A stretch of 64,000 nt of DNA from Auanema rhodensis (GCA_964057225.1 OZ059899.1:2046001-2110000), one strand, 5' to 3'; positions 12,301-27,900 are shown, counted from the stretch's first letter. The notes: generated by a model not told the origin, from the letters alone. Translations and numbers: made by a program.

Positions 12301-15300
12301 GGAAGCAATGTTGAGTGTACATGGAAACTCAACATACACTAATGCATCATTTTTCAAACAATCATAACTAATTTGTGTATTAAGCGTTTCTCAATGTAGT
12401 ATAGTGCATTCGATGCGGATTTTTAAGCTGCGTCGATCTGTGTGATCAGATTTGCGCTAGCTTAAAAATGCACCGAGATATCAACTGATATAAGTTCACA
12501 CTTATATCCTCGATTTTCACCCTGAAGAATTGATTTTTTCGTTGAATAACATTGTCTATCGTCTTTGCCTTGAAAAATGGAATCTAAAAACATCTACTTT
12601 TTGCTAAATTATTTTGAAATTTTTCGAAAAAATTTTTGTCAAAATGTTTTTGGAAGCAATGTTGAGTGTACATGGAAACTCAACATACACTAATGCATCA
12701 TTTTTCAAACAATCATAACTAATTTGTGTATTAAGCGTTTCTCAATGTAGTATAGTGCATTCGATGCGGATTTTTAAGCTGCGTCGATCTGTGTTATCAG
12801 ATTTGCGCTAGCTTAAAAATGCACCGAGATATCAACTGATATAAGTTCACACTTATATCCTCGATTTTCACCCTGAAGAATTGATTTTTTCGTTGAATAA
12901 CATTGTCTATCGTCTTTGCCTTGAAAAATGGAATCTAAAAACATCTACTTTTTGCTAAATTATTTTGAAATTTTTCGAAAAAATTTTTGTCAAAATGTTT
13001 TTGGAAGCAATGTTGAGTGTACATGGAAACTCAACATACACTAATGCATCATTTTTCAAACAATCATAACTAATTTGTGTATCAAGCGTTTCTCAATGTA
13101 GTATAGTGCATTCGATGCGGATTTTTAAGCTGCGTCGATCTGTGTTATCAGATTTGCGCTAGCTTAAAAATGCACCGAGATATCAACTGATATAAGTTCA
13201 CACTTATATCCTCGATTTTCACCCTGAAGAATTGATTTTTTCGTTGAATAACATTGTCCATCGTCTTTGCCTTGAAAAATGAAATCTAAAAACATCTACT
13301 TTTTGCTAAATTATTTTGAAATTTTTCGAAAAAATTTTTGTCAAAATGTTTTTGGAAGCAATGTTAAGTGTACATGGAAACTCAACATACACTAATGCAT
13401 CATTTTTCAAACGATCATAACTAATTTTTGTATTGAGCGTTTCTCAATGTAGTATAGTGCATTCGATGCGGATTTTTAAGCTGCGTCGATCTGTGTTATC
13501 AGATTTGCGCTAGCTTAAAAATGCACCGAGATATCAACTGATATAAGTTCACACTTATATCCTCGATTTTCACCCTGAAGAATTAATTTTTTCGTTGAAT
13601 AACATTGTCCATCGTCTTTGCCTTGAAAAATGAAATCTAAAAACATTTACTTTTTGCTAAATTATTTTGAAATTTTTCGAAAAAATTTTTGTCAAAATGT
13701 TTTTGGAAGCAATGTTGAGTGTACATGGAAACTCAACATACACTAATGCATCATTTTTCAAACAATCATAACTAATTTGTGTATCAAGCGTGTCTCAATG
13801 TAGTATAGTGCATTCGATGCGGATTTTTAAGCTGCGTCGATCTGTGTTATCAGATTTGCGCTAGCTTAAAAATGCACCGAGATATCAACTGATATAAGTT
13901 CACACTTATATCCTCAATTTTCACCCTGAAGAATTGATTTTTTCGTTGAATAACATTGTCCATCGTCTTTGCCTTGAAAAATGAAATCTAAAAACATCTA
14001 CTTTTTGCTAAATTATTTTGAAATTTTTCGAAAAAATTTTTGTCAAAATGTTTTTGGAAGCAATGTTAAGTGTACATGGAAACTCAACATACACTAATGC
14101 ATCATTTTTCAAACGATCATAACTAATTTTTGTATTGAGCGTTTCTCAATGTAGTATAGTGCATTCGATGCGGATTTTTAAGCTGCGTCGATCTGTGTTA
14201 TCAGATTTGCGCTAGCTTACAAATGCACCGAGATATCAACTGATATAAGTTCACACTTATATCCTCGATTTTCACCCTGAAGAATTAATTTTTTCGTTGA
14301 ATAACATTGTCCATCGTCTTTGCCTTGAAAAATGAAATCTAAAAACATTTACTTTTTGCTAAATTATTTTGAAATTTTTCGAAAAAATTTTTGTCAAAAT
14401 GTTTTTGGAAGCAATGTTGAGTGTACATGGAAACTCAACATACACTAATGCATCATTTTTCAAACAATCATAACTAATTTGTGTATTAAGCGTTTCTCAA
14501 TGTAGTATAGTGCATTCGATGCGGATTTTTAAGCTGCGTCGATCTGTGTTATCAGATTTGCGCTAGCTTAAAAATGCACCGAGATATCAACTGATATAAG
14601 TTCACACTTATATCCTCGATTTTCACCCTGAAGAATTAATTTTTTCGTTGAATAACATTGTCCATCGTCTTTGCCTTGAAAAATGGAATCTTAAAACATC
14701 TACTTTTTGCTAAATTATTTTGAAATTTTTCGAAAAAATTTTTGTCAAAATGTTTTTGGAAGCAATGTTGAGTGTACATGGAAACTCAACATACACTAAT
14801 GCATCATTTTTCAAACAATCATAACTAATTTGTGTATCAAGCGTTTCTCAATGTAGTATAGTGCATTCGATGCGGATTTTTAAGCTGCGTCGATCTGTGT
14901 TATCAGATTTGCGCTAGCTTAAAAATGCACCGAGATATCAACTGATATAAGTTCACACTTATATCCTCGATTTTCACCCTGAAGAATTGATTTTTTCGTT
15001 GAATAACATTGTCCATCGTCTTTGCTTTGAAAAATGAAATCTAAAAACATCTACTTTTTGCTAAATTATTTTGAAATTTTTCGAAAAAATTTTTGTCAAA
15101 ATGTTTTTGGAAGCAATGTTGAGTGTACATGGAAACTCAACATACACTAATGCATCATTTTTCAAACAATCATAACTAATTTGTGTATCAAGCGTTTCTC
15201 AATGTAGTATAGTGCATTCGATGCGGATTTTTAAGCTGCGTCGATCTGTGTTATCAGATTTGCGCTAGCTTAAAAATGCACCGAGATATCAACTGATATA

Positions 15301-18300
15301 AGTTCACACTTATATCCTCGATTTTCACCCTGAAGAATTAATTTTTTCGTTGAATAACATTGTCCATCGTCTTTGCCTTGAAAAATGGAATCTTAAAACA
15401 TCTACTTTTTGCTAAATTATTTTGAAATTTTTCGAAAAAATTTTTGTCAAAATGTTTTTGGAAGCAATGTTGAGTGTACATGGAAACTCAACATACACTA
15501 ATGCATCATTTTTCAAACAATCATAACTAATTTGTGTATCAAGCGTTTCTCAATGTAGTATAGTGCATTCGATGCGGATTTTTAAGCTGCGTCGATCTGT
15601 GTTATCAGATTTGCGCCAGCTTAAAAATGCACCGAGATATCAACTGATATAAGTTCACACTTATATCCTCGATTTTCACCCTGAAGAATTAATTTTTTCG
15701 TTGAATAACATTGTTCATCGTCTTTGCCTTGAAAAATGGAATCTTAAAACATCTACTTTTTGCTAAATTATTTTGAAATTTTTCGAAAAAATTTTTGTCA
15801 AAATGTTTTTGGAAGCAATGTTGAGTGTACATGGAAACTCAACATACACTAATGCATTATTTTTCAAACAATCATAACTAATTTGTGTATCAAGCGTTTC
15901 TCAATGTAGTATAGTGCATTCGATGCGGATTTTTAAGCTGCGTCGATCTGTGTTATCAGATTTGCGCTAGCTTAAAAATGCACCGAGATATCAACTGATA
16001 TAAGTTCACACTTATATCCTCGATTTTCACCCTGAAGAATTGATTTTTTCGTTGAATAACATTGTCCATCGTCTTTGCTTTGAAAAATGAAATCTAAAAA
16101 CATCTACTTTTCGCTAAATTATTTTGAAATTTTTCGAAAAAATTTTTGTCAAAATGTTTTTGGAAGCAATGTTGAGTGTACATGGAAACTCAACATACAC
16201 TAATGCATCATTTTTCAAACGATCATAACTAATTTTTGTATCAAGCGTTTCTCAACGTAGTATAGTGCATTCGATGCGGATTTTTAAGCTGCGTCGATCT
16301 GTGTTATCAGATTTGCGCTAGCTTAAAAATGCACCGAGATATCAACTGATATAAGTTCACACTTATATCCTCGATTTTCACCCTGAAGAATTAATTTTTT
16401 CGTTGAATAACATTGTCCATCGTCTTTGCCTTGAAAAATGGAATCTTAAAACATCTACTTTTTGCTAAATTATTTTGAAATTTTTCGAAAAAATTTTTGT
16501 CAAAATGTTTTTGGAAGCAATGTTGAGTGTACATGGAAACTCAACATACACTAATGCATCATTTTTCAAACAATCATAACTAATTTGTGTATCAAGCGTT
16601 TCTCAATGTAGTATAGTGCATTCGATGCGGATTTTTAAGCTGCGTCGATCTGTGTTATCAGATTTGCGCTAGCTTAAAAATGCACCGAGATATCAACTGA
16701 TATAAGTTCACACTTATATCCTCGATTTTCACCCTGAAGAATTGATTTTTTCGTTGAATAACATTGTCCATCGTCTTTGCTTTGAAAAATGAAATCTAAA
16801 AACATCTACTTTTTGCTAAATTATTTTGAAATTTTTCGAAAAAATTTTTGTCAAAATGTTTTTGGAAGCAATGTTGAGTGTACATGGAAACTCAACATAC
16901 ACTAATGCATCATTTTTCAAACGATCATAACTAATTTTTGTATCAAGCGTTTCTCAACGTAGTATAGTGCATTCGATGCGGATTTTTAAGCTGCGTCGAT
17001 CTGTGTTATCAGATTTGCGCTAGCTTAAAAATGCACCGAGATATCAACTGATATAAGTTCACACTTATATCCTCGATTTTCACCCTGAAGAATTGATTTT
17101 TTCGTTGAATAACATTGTCTATCGTCTTTGCCTTGAAAAATGGAATCTAAAAACATCTACTTTTTGCTAAATTATTTTGAAATTTTTCGAAAAAATTTTT
17201 GTCAAAATGTTTTTGGAAGCAATGTTGAGTGTACATGGAAACTCAACATACACTAATGCATCATTTTTCAAACAATCATAACTAATTTGTGTATTAAGCG
17301 TTTCTCAATGTAGTATAGTGCATTCGATGCGGATTTTTAAGCTGCGTCGATCTGTGTTATCAGATTTGCGCTAGCTTAAAAATGCACCGAGATATCAACT
17401 GATATAAGTTCACACTTATATCCTCGATTTTCACCCTGAAGAATTGATTTTTTCGTTGAATAACATTGTCTATCGTCTTTGCCTTGAAAAATAAAATCTA
17501 AAAACATCTACTTTTTGCTAAATTATTTTGAAATTTTTCGAAAAAATTTTTGTCAAAATGTTTTTGGAAGCAATGTTGAGTGTACATGGAAACTCAACAT
17601 ACACTAATGCATCATTTTTCAAACAATCATAACTAATTTGTGTATCAAGCGTTTCTCAATGTAGTATAGTGCATTCGATGCGGATTTTTAAGCTGCGTCG
17701 ATCTGTGTTATCAGATTTGCGCTAGCTTAAAAATGCACCGAGATATCAACTGATATAAGTTCACACTTATTTCCTCGATTTTCACCCTGAAGAAATAATT
17801 TTTTCGTTGAATAACATTGTCCATCGTCTTTGCCTTGAAAAAAGGAATCTAAAAACATCTACTTTTTGCTAAATTATTTTGAAATTTTTTGAAAAAATTT
17901 TTGTCAAAATGTTTTTGTAAGCAATGTTGAGTGTACATGGAAACTCAACATACACTAATGCATCATTTTTCAAACAATCATAACTAATTTGTGTATCAAG
18001 CGTTTCTCAATGTAGTATAGTGCATTCGATGCGGATTTTTAAGCTGCGTCGATCTGTGTTATCAGATTTGCGCTAGCTTAAAAATGCACCGAGATATCAA
18101 CTGATATAAGTTCACACTTATATCCTCGATTTTCACCCTGAAGAATTGATTTTTTCGTTGAATAACATTGTCCATCGTCTTTGCCTTGAAAAATGAAATC
18201 TAAAAACATCTACTTTTTGCTAAATTATTTTGAAATTTTTCGAAAAAATTTTTGTCAAAATGTTTTTGGAAGCAATGTTAAGTGTACATGGAAACTCAAC

Positions 18301-21300
18301 ATACACTAATGCATCATTTTTCAAACGATCATAACTAATTTTTGTATTGAGCGTTTCTCAATGTAGTATAGTGCATTCGATGCGGATTTTTAAGCTGCGT
18401 CGATCTGTGTTATCAGATTTGCGCTAGCTTACAAATGCACCGAGATATCAACTGATATAAGTTCACACTTATATCCTCGATTTTCACCCTGAAGAATTAA
18501 TTTTTTCGTTGAATAACATTGTCCATCGTCTTTGCCTTGAAAAATGAAATCTAAAAACATTTACTTTTTGCTAAATTATTTTGAAATTTTTCGAAAAAAT
18601 TTTTGTCAAAATGTTTTTGGAAGCAATGTTGAGTGTACATGGAAACTCAACATACACTAATGCATCATTTTTCAAACAATCATAACTAATTTGTGTATCA
18701 AGCGTGTCTCAATGTAGTATAGTGCATTCGATGCGGATTTTTAAGCTGCGTCGATCTGTGTTATCAGATTTGCGCTAGCTTAAAAATGCACCGAGATATC
18801 AACTGATATAAGTTCACACTTATATCCTCGATTTTCACCCTGAAGAATTGATTTTTTCGTTGAATAACATTGTCCATCGTCTTTGCCTTGAAAAATGAAA
18901 TCTAAAAACATCTACTTTTTGCTAAATTATTTTGAAATTTTTCGAAAAAATTTTTGTCAAAATGTTTTTGGAAGCAATGTTAAGTGTACATGGAAACTCA
19001 ACATACACTAATGCATCATTTTTCAAACGATCATAACTAATTTTTGTATTGAGCGTTTCTCAATGTAGTATAGTGCATTCGATGCGGATTTTTAAGCTGC
19101 GTCGATCTGTGTTATCAGATTTGCGCTAGCTTACAAATGCACCGAGATATCAACTGATATAAGTTCACACTTATATCCTCGATTTTCACCCTGAAGAATT
19201 AATTTTTTCGTTGAATAACATTGTCCATCGTCTTTGCCTTGAAAAATGAAATCTAAAAACATTTACTTTTTGCTAAATTATTTTGAAATTTTTCGAAAAA
19301 ATTTTTGTCAAAATGTTTTTGGAAGCAATGTTGAGTGTACATGGAAACTCAACATACACTAATGCATCATTTTTCAAACGATCATAACTAATTTTTGTAT
19401 CAAGCGTTTCTCAACGTAGTATAGTGCATTCGATGCGGATTTTTAAGCTGCGTCGATCTGTGTTATCAGATTTGCGCTAGCTTAAAAATGCACCGAGATA
19501 TCAACTGATATAAGTTCACACTTATATCCTCGATTTTCACCCTGAAGAATTGATTTTTTCGTTGAATAACATTGTCTATCGTCTTTGCCTTGAAAAATGG
19601 AATCTAAAAACATCTACTTTTTGCTAAATTATTTTGAAATTTTTCGAAAAAATTTTTGTCAAAATGTTTTTGGAAGCAATGTTGAGTGTACATGGAAACT
19701 CAACATACACTAATGCATCATTTTTCAAACAATCATAACTAATTTGTGTATTAAGCGTTTCTCAATGTAGTATAGTGCATTCGATTCGAATTTTTAAGCT
19801 GCGTCAATCTGTGTTATCAGATTTGCGCTAGCTTAAAAATGCACCGAGATATCAACTGATATAAGTTCACACTTATATCCTCGATTTTCACCCTGAAGAA
19901 TTGATTTTTTCGTTGAATAACATTGTCCATCGTCTTTGCCTTGAAAAATGAAATCTAAAAACATCTACTTTTTGCTAAATTATTTTGAAATTTTTCGAAA
20001 AAATTTTTGTCAAAATGTTTTTGGAAGCAATGTTAAGTGTACATGGAAACTCAACATACACTAATGCATCATTTTTCAAACGATCATAACTAATTTTTGT
20101 ATTGAGCGTTTCTCAATGTAGTATAGTGCATTCGATGCGGATTTTTAAGCTGCGTCGATCTGTGTTATCAGATTTGCGCTAGCTTAAAAATGCACCGAGA
20201 TATCAACTGATATAAGTTCACACTTATATCCTCGATTTTCACCCTGAAGAATTAATTTTTTCGTTGAATAACATTGTCCATCGTCTTTGCCTTGAAAAAT
20301 GAAATCTAAAAACATTTACTTTTTGCTAAATTATTTTGAAATTTTTCGAAAAAATTTTTGTCAAAATGTTTTTGGAAGCAATGTTGAGTGTACATGGAAA
20401 CTCAACATACACTAATGCATCATTTTTCAAACGATCATAACTAATTTTTGTATTGAGCGTTTCTCAATGTAGTATAGTGCATTCGATGCGGATTTTTAAG
20501 CTGCGTCGATCTGTGTTATCAGATTTGCGCTAGCTTAAAAATGCACCGAGATATCAACTGATATAAGTTCACACTTATATCCTCGATTTTCACCCTGAAG
20601 AATTAATTTTTTCGTTGAATAACATTGTCCATCGTCTTTGCCTTGAAAAATGAAATCTAAAAACATTTACTTTTTGCTAAATTATTTTGAAATTTTTCGA
20701 AAAAATTTTTGTCAAAATGTTTTTGGAAGCAATGTTGAGTGTACATGGAAACTCAACATACACTAATGCATCATTTTTCAAACGATCATAACTAATTTTT
20801 GTATTAAGCGTTTCTCAACGTAGTATAGTGCATTCGATGCGGATTTTTAAGCTGCGTCGATCTGTGTTATCAGATTTGCGCTAGCTTAAAAATGCACCGA
20901 GATATCAACTGATATAAGTTCACACTTATATCCTCGATTTTCACCCTGAAGAATTGATTTTTTCGTTGAATAACATTGTCCATCGTCTTTGCTTTGAAAA
21001 ATGAAATCTAAAAACATCTACTTTTTGCTAAATTATTTTGAAATTTTTCGAAAAAATTTTTGTCAAAATGTTTTTGGAAGCAATGTTGAGTGTACATGGA
21101 AACTCAACATACACTAATGCATCATTTTTCAAACAATCATAACTAATTTGTGTATTAAGCGTTTCTCAATGTAGTATAGTGCATTCGATGCGGATTTTTA
21201 AGCTGCGTCGATCTGTGTGATCAGATTTGCGCTAGCTTAAAAATGCACCGAGATATCAACTGATATAAGTTCACACTTATATCCTCGATTTTCACCCTGA

Positions 21301-24300
21301 AGAATTGATTTTTTCGTTGAATAACATTGTCTATCGTCTTTGCCTTGAAAAATGGAATCTAAAAACATCTACTTTTTGCTAAATTATTTTGAAATTTTTC
21401 GAAAAAATTTTTGTCAAAATGTTTTTGGAAGCAATGTTGAGTGTACATGGAAACTCAACATACACTAATGCATCATTTTTCAAACAATCATAACTAATTT
21501 GTGTATTAAGCGTTTCTCAATGTAGTATAGTGCATTCGATGCGGATTTTCAAGCTGCGTCGATCTGTGTTATCAGATTTGCGCTAGCTTAAAAATGCACC
21601 GAGATATCAACTGATATAAGTTCACACTTATATCCTCGATTTTCACCCTGAAGAATTGATTTTTTCGTTGAATAACATTGTCTATCGTCTTTGCCTTGAA
21701 AAATGGAATCTAAAAACATCTACTTTTTGCTAAATTATTTTGAAATTTTTCGAAAAAATTTTTGTCAAAATGTTTTTGGAAGCAATGTTGAGTGTACATG
21801 GAAACTCAACATACACTAATGCATCATTTTTCAAACAATCATAACTAATTTGTGTATTAAGCGTTTCTCAATGTAGTATAGTGCATTCGATGCGGATTTT
21901 TAAGCTGCGTCGATCTGTGTTATCAGATTTGCGCTAGCTTAAAAATGCACCGAGATATCAACTGATATAAGTTCACACTTATATCCTCGATTTTCACCCT
22001 GAAGAATTGATTTTTTCGTTGAATAACATTGTCTATCGTCTTTGCCTTGAAAAATGGAATCTAAAAACATCTACTTTTTGCTAAATTATTTTGAAATTTT
22101 TCGAAAAAATTTTTGTCAAAATGTTTTTGGAAGCAATGTTGAGTGTACATGGAAACTCAACATACACTAATGCATCATTTTTCAAACAATCATAACTAAT
22201 TTGTGTATCAAGCGTTTCTCAATGTAGTATAGTGCATTCGATGCGGATTTTTAAGCTGCGTCGATCTGTGTTATCAGATTTGCGCTAGCTTAAAAATGCA
22301 CCGAGATATCAACTGATATAAGTTCACACTTATATCCTCGATTTTCACCCTGAAGAATTGATTTTTTCGTTGAATAACATTGTCCATCGTCTTTGCCTTG
22401 AAAAATGAAATCTAAAAACATCTACTTTTTGCTAAATTATTTTGAAATTTTTCGAAAAAATTTTTGTCAAAATGTTTTTGGAAGCAATGTTAAGTGTACA
22501 TGGAAACTCAACATACACTAATGCATCATTTTTCAAACGATCATAACTAATTTTTGTATTGAGCGTTTCTCAATGTAGTATAGTGCATTCGATGCGGATT
22601 TTTAAGCTGCGTCGATCTGTGTTATCAGATTTGCGCTAGCTTAAAAATGCACCGAGATATCAACTGATATAAGTTCACACTTATATCCTCGATTTTCACC
22701 CTGAAGAATTAATTTTTTCGTTGAATAACATTGTCCATCGTCTTTGCCTTGAAAAATGAAATCTAAAAACATTTACTTTTTGCTAAATTATTTTGAAATT
22801 TTTCGAAAAAATTTTTGTCAAAATGTTTTTGGAAGCAATGTTGAGTGTACATGGAAACTCAACATACACTAATGCATCATTTTTCAAACGATCATAACTA
22901 ATTTTTGTATTGAGCGTTTCTCAATGTAGTATAGTGCATTCGATGCGGATTTTTAAGCTGCGTCGATCTGTGTTATCAGATTTGCGCTAGCTTAAAAATG
23001 CACCGAGATATCAACTGATATAAGTTCACACTTATATCCTCGATTTTCACCCTGAAGAATTAATTTTTTCGTTGAATAACATTGTCCATCGTCTTTGCCT
23101 TGAAAAATGAAATCTAAAAACATTTACTTTTTGCTAAATTATTTTGAAATTTTTCGAAAAAATTTTTGTCAAAATGTTTTTGGAAGCAATGTTGAGTGTA
23201 CATGGAAACTCAACATACACTAATGCATCATTTTTCAAACGATCATAACTAATTTTTGTATTAAGCGTTTCTCAACGTAGTATAGTGCATTCGATGCGGA
23301 TTTTTAAGCTGCGTCGATCTGTGTGATCAGATTTGCGCTAGCTTAAAAATGCACCGAGATATCAACTGATATAAGTTCACACTTATATCCTCGATTTTCA
23401 CCCTGAAGAATTGATTTTTTCGTTGAATAACATTGTCTATCGTCTTTGCCTTGAAAAATGGAATCTAAAAACATCTACTTTTTGCTAAATTATTTTGAAA
23501 TTTTTCGAAAAAATTTTTGTCAAAATGTTTTTGGAAGCAATGTTGAGTGTACATGGAAACTCAACATACACTAATGCATCATTTTTCAAACAATCATAAC
23601 TAATTTGTGTATTAAGCGTTTCTCAATGTAGTATAGTGCATTCGATGCGGATTTTTAAGCTGCGTCGATCTGTGTTATCAGATTTGCGCTAGCTTAAAAA
23701 TGCACCGAGATATCAACTGATATAAGTTCACACTTATATCCTCGATTTTCACCCTGAAGAATTGATTTTTTCGTTGAATAACATTGTCTATCGTCTTTGC
23801 CTTGAAAAATGGAATCTAAAAACATCTACTTTTTGCTAAATTATTTTGAAATTTTTCGAAAAAATTTTTGTCAAAATGTTTTTGGAAGCAATGTTGAGTG
23901 TACATGGAAACTCAACATACACTAATGCATCATTTTTCAAACAATCATAACTAATTTGTGTATCAAGCGTTTCTCAATGTAGTATAGTGCATTCGATGCG
24001 GATTTTTAAGCTGCGTCGATCTGTGTTATCAGATTTGCGCTAGCTTAAAAATGCACCGAGATATCAACTGATATAAGTTCACACTTATATCCTCGATTTT
24101 CACCCTGAAGAATTGATTTTTTCGTTGAATAACATTGTCCATCGTCTTTGCCTTGAAAAATGAAATCTAAAAACATCTACTTTTTGCTAAATTATTTTGA
24201 AATTTTTCGAAAAAATTTTTGTCAAAATGTTTTTGGAAGCAATGTTAAGTGTACATGGAAACTCAACATACACTAATGCATCATTTTTCAAACGATCATA

Positions 24301-24570
24301 ACTAATTTTTGTATTGAGCGTTTCTCAATGTAGTATAGTGCATTCGATGCGGATTTTTAAGCTGCGTCGATCTGTGTTATCAGATTTGCGCTAGCTTAAA
24401 AATGCACCGAGATATCAACTGATATAAGTTCACACTTATATCCTCGATTTTCACCCTGAAGAATTAATTTTTTCGTTGAATAACATTGTCCATCGTCTTT
24501 GCCTTGAAAAATGAAATCTAAAAACATTTACTTTTTGCTAAATTATTTTGAAATTTTTCGAAAAAATTTT

Positions 24571-24934
24571 TGTCAAAATGTTTTTGGAAGCAATGTTGAG
24601 TGTACATGGAAACTCAACATACACTAATGCATCATTTTTCAAACGATCATAACTAATTTTTGTATTAAGCGTTTCTCAACGTAGTATAGTGCATTCGATG
24701 CGGATTTTTAAGCTGCGTCGATCTGTGTTATCAGATTTGCGCTAGCTTAAAAATGCACCGAGATATCAACTGATATAAGTTCACACTTATATCCTCGATT
24801 TTCACCCTGAAGAATTGATTTTTTCGTTGAATAACATTGTCCATCGTCTTTGCTTTGAAAAATGAAATCTAAAAACATCTACTTTTTGCTAAATTATTTT
24901 GAAATTTTTCGAAAAAAGTTTTCGAAAAAATTTT
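24571..24934. repeat. 364-bp variant monomer (13-bp tandem duplication)
   Basis: CGAAAAAAGTTTT (24910-24922) is followed by CGAAAAAATTTTT (24923-24935). The array phase shifts by +13. Confidence 0.95.
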
Positions 24935-27900
24935 TGTCAAAATGTTTTTGGAAGCAATGTTGAGTGTACATGGAAACTCAACATACACTAATGCATCATT
25001 TTTCAAACAATCATAACTAATTTGTGTAATAAGCGTTTCTCAATGTAGTATAGTGCATTCGATGCGGATTTTTAAGCTGCGTCGATCTGTGTTATCAGAT
25101 TTGCGCTAGCTTAAAAATGCACCGAGATATCAACTGATATAAGTTCACACTTATATCCTCGATTTTCACCCTGAAGAATTGATTTTTTCGTTGAATAACA
25201 TTGTCTATCGTCTTTGCCTTGAAAAATGGAATCTAAAAACATCTACTTTTTGCTAAATTATTTTGAAATTTTTCGAAAAAATTTTTGTCAAAATGTTTTT
25301 GGAAGCAATGTTGAGTGTACATGGAAACTCAACATACACTAATGCATCATTTTTCAAACAATCATAACTAATTTGTGTATCAAGCGTTTCTCAATGTAGT
25401 ATAGTGCATTCGATGCGGATTTTTAAGCTGCGTCGATCTGTGTTATCAGATTTGCGCTAGCTTAAAAATGCACCGAGATATCAACTGATATAAGTTCACA
25501 CTTATATCCTCGATTTTCACCCTGAAGAATTGATTTTTTCGTTGAATAACATTGTCCATCGTCTTTGCCTTGAAAAATGAAATCTAAAAACATCTACTTT
25601 TTGCTAAATTATTTTGAAATTTTTCGAAAAAATTTTTGTCAAAATGTTTTTGGAAGCAATGTTGAGTGTACATGGAAACTCAACATACACTAATGCATCA
25701 TTTTTCAAACGATCATAACTAATTTTTGTATTGAGCGTTTCTCAATGTAGTATAGTGCATTCGATGCGGATTTTTAAGCTGCGTCGATCTGTGTTATCAG
25801 ATTTGCGCTAGCTTAAAAATGCACCGAGATATCAACTGATATAAGTTCACACTTATATCCTCGATTTTCACCCTGAAGAATTGATTTTTTCGTTGAATAA
25901 CATTGTCTATCGTCTTTGCCTTGAAAAATGGAATCTAAAAACATCTACTTTTTGCTAAATTATTTTGAAATTTTTCGAAAAAATTTTTGTCAAAATGTTT
26001 TTGGAAGCAATGTTGAGTGTACATGGAAACTCAACATACACTAATGCATCATTTTTCAAACAATCATAACTAATTTGTGTATCAAGCGTTTCTCAATGTA
26101 GTATAGTGCATTCGATGCGGATTTTTAAGCTGCGTCGATCTGTGTTATCAGATTTGCGCTAGCTTAAAAATGCACCGAGATATCAACTGATATAAGTTCA
26201 CACTTATATCCTCGATTTTCACCCTGAAGAATTGATTTTTTCGTTGAATAACATTGTCCATCGTCTTTGCCTTGAAAAATGAAATCTAAAAACATCTACT
26301 TTTTGCTAAATTATTTTGAAATTTTTCGAAAAAATTTTTGTCAAAATGTTTTTGGAAGCAATGTTGAGTGTACATGGAAACTCAACATACACTAATGCAT
26401 CATTTTTCAAACGATCATAACTAATTTTTGTATTGAGCGTTTCTCAATGTAGTATAGTGCATTCGATGCGGATTTTTAAGCTGCGTCGATCTGTGTTATC
26501 AGATTTGCGCTAGCTTAAAAATGCACCGAGATATCAACTGATATAAGTTCACACTTATATCCTCGATTTTCACCCTGAAGAATTGATTTTTTCGTTGAAT
26601 AACATTGTCTATCGTCTTTGCCTTGAAAAATGGAATCTAAAAACATCTACTTTTTGCTAAATTATTTTGAAATTTTTCGAAAAAATTTTTGTCAAAATGT
26701 TTTTGGAAGCAATGTTGAGTGTACATGGAAACTCAACATACCCTAATGCATCATTTTTCAAACAATCATAACTAATTTGTGTATTAAGCGTTTCTCAATG
26801 TAGTATAGTGCATTCGATGCGGATTTTTAAGCTGCGTCGATCTGTGTTATCAGATTTGCGCTAGCTTAAAAATGCACCGAGATATCAACTGATATAAGTT
26901 CACACTTATATCCTCGATTTTCACCCTGAAGAATTGATTTTTTCGTTGAATAACATTGTCTATCGTCTTTGCCTTGAAAAATGGAATCTAAAAACATCTA
27001 CTTTTTGCTAAATTATTTTGAAATTTTTCGAAAAAATTTTTGTCAAAATGTTTTTGGAAGCAATGTTGAGTGTACATGGAAACTCAACATACACTAATGC
27101 ATCATTTTTCAAACAATCATAACTAATTTGTGTATCAAGCGTTTCTCAATGTAGTATAGTGCATTCGATGCGGATTTTTAAGCTGCGTCGATCTGTGTTA
27201 TCAGATTTGCGCTAGCTTAAAAATGCACCGAGATATCAACTGATATAAGTTCACACTTATATCCTCGATTTTCACCCTGAAGAATTGATTTTTTCGTTGA
27301 ATAACATTGTCTATCGTCTTTGCCTTGAAAAATAGAATCTAAAAACATCTACTTTTTGCTAAATTATTTTGAAATTTTTCGAAAAAATTTTTGTCAAAAT
27401 GTTTTTGGAAGCAATGTTGAGTGTACATGGAAACTCAACATACACTAATGCATCATTTTTCAAACAATCATAACTAATTTGTGTATTAAGCGTTTCTCAA
27501 TGTAGTATAGTGCATTCGATGCGGATTTTTAAGCTGCGTCGATCTGTGTTATCAGATTTGCGCTAGCTTAAAAATGCACCGAGATATCAACTGATATAAG
27601 TTCACACTTATATCCTCGATTTTCACCCTGAAGAATTGATTTTTTCGTTGAATAACATTGTCTATCGTCTTTGCCTTGAAAAATAGAATCTAAAAACATC
27701 TACTTTTTGCTAAATTATTTTGAAATTTTTCGAAAAAATTTTTGTCAAAATGTTTTTGGAAGCAATGTTGAGTGTACATGGAAACTCAACATACACTAAT
27801 GCATCATTTTTCAAACAATCATAACTAATTTGTGTATCAAGCGTTTCTCAATGTAGTATAGTGCATTCGATGCGGATTTTTAAGCTGCGTCGATCTGTGT

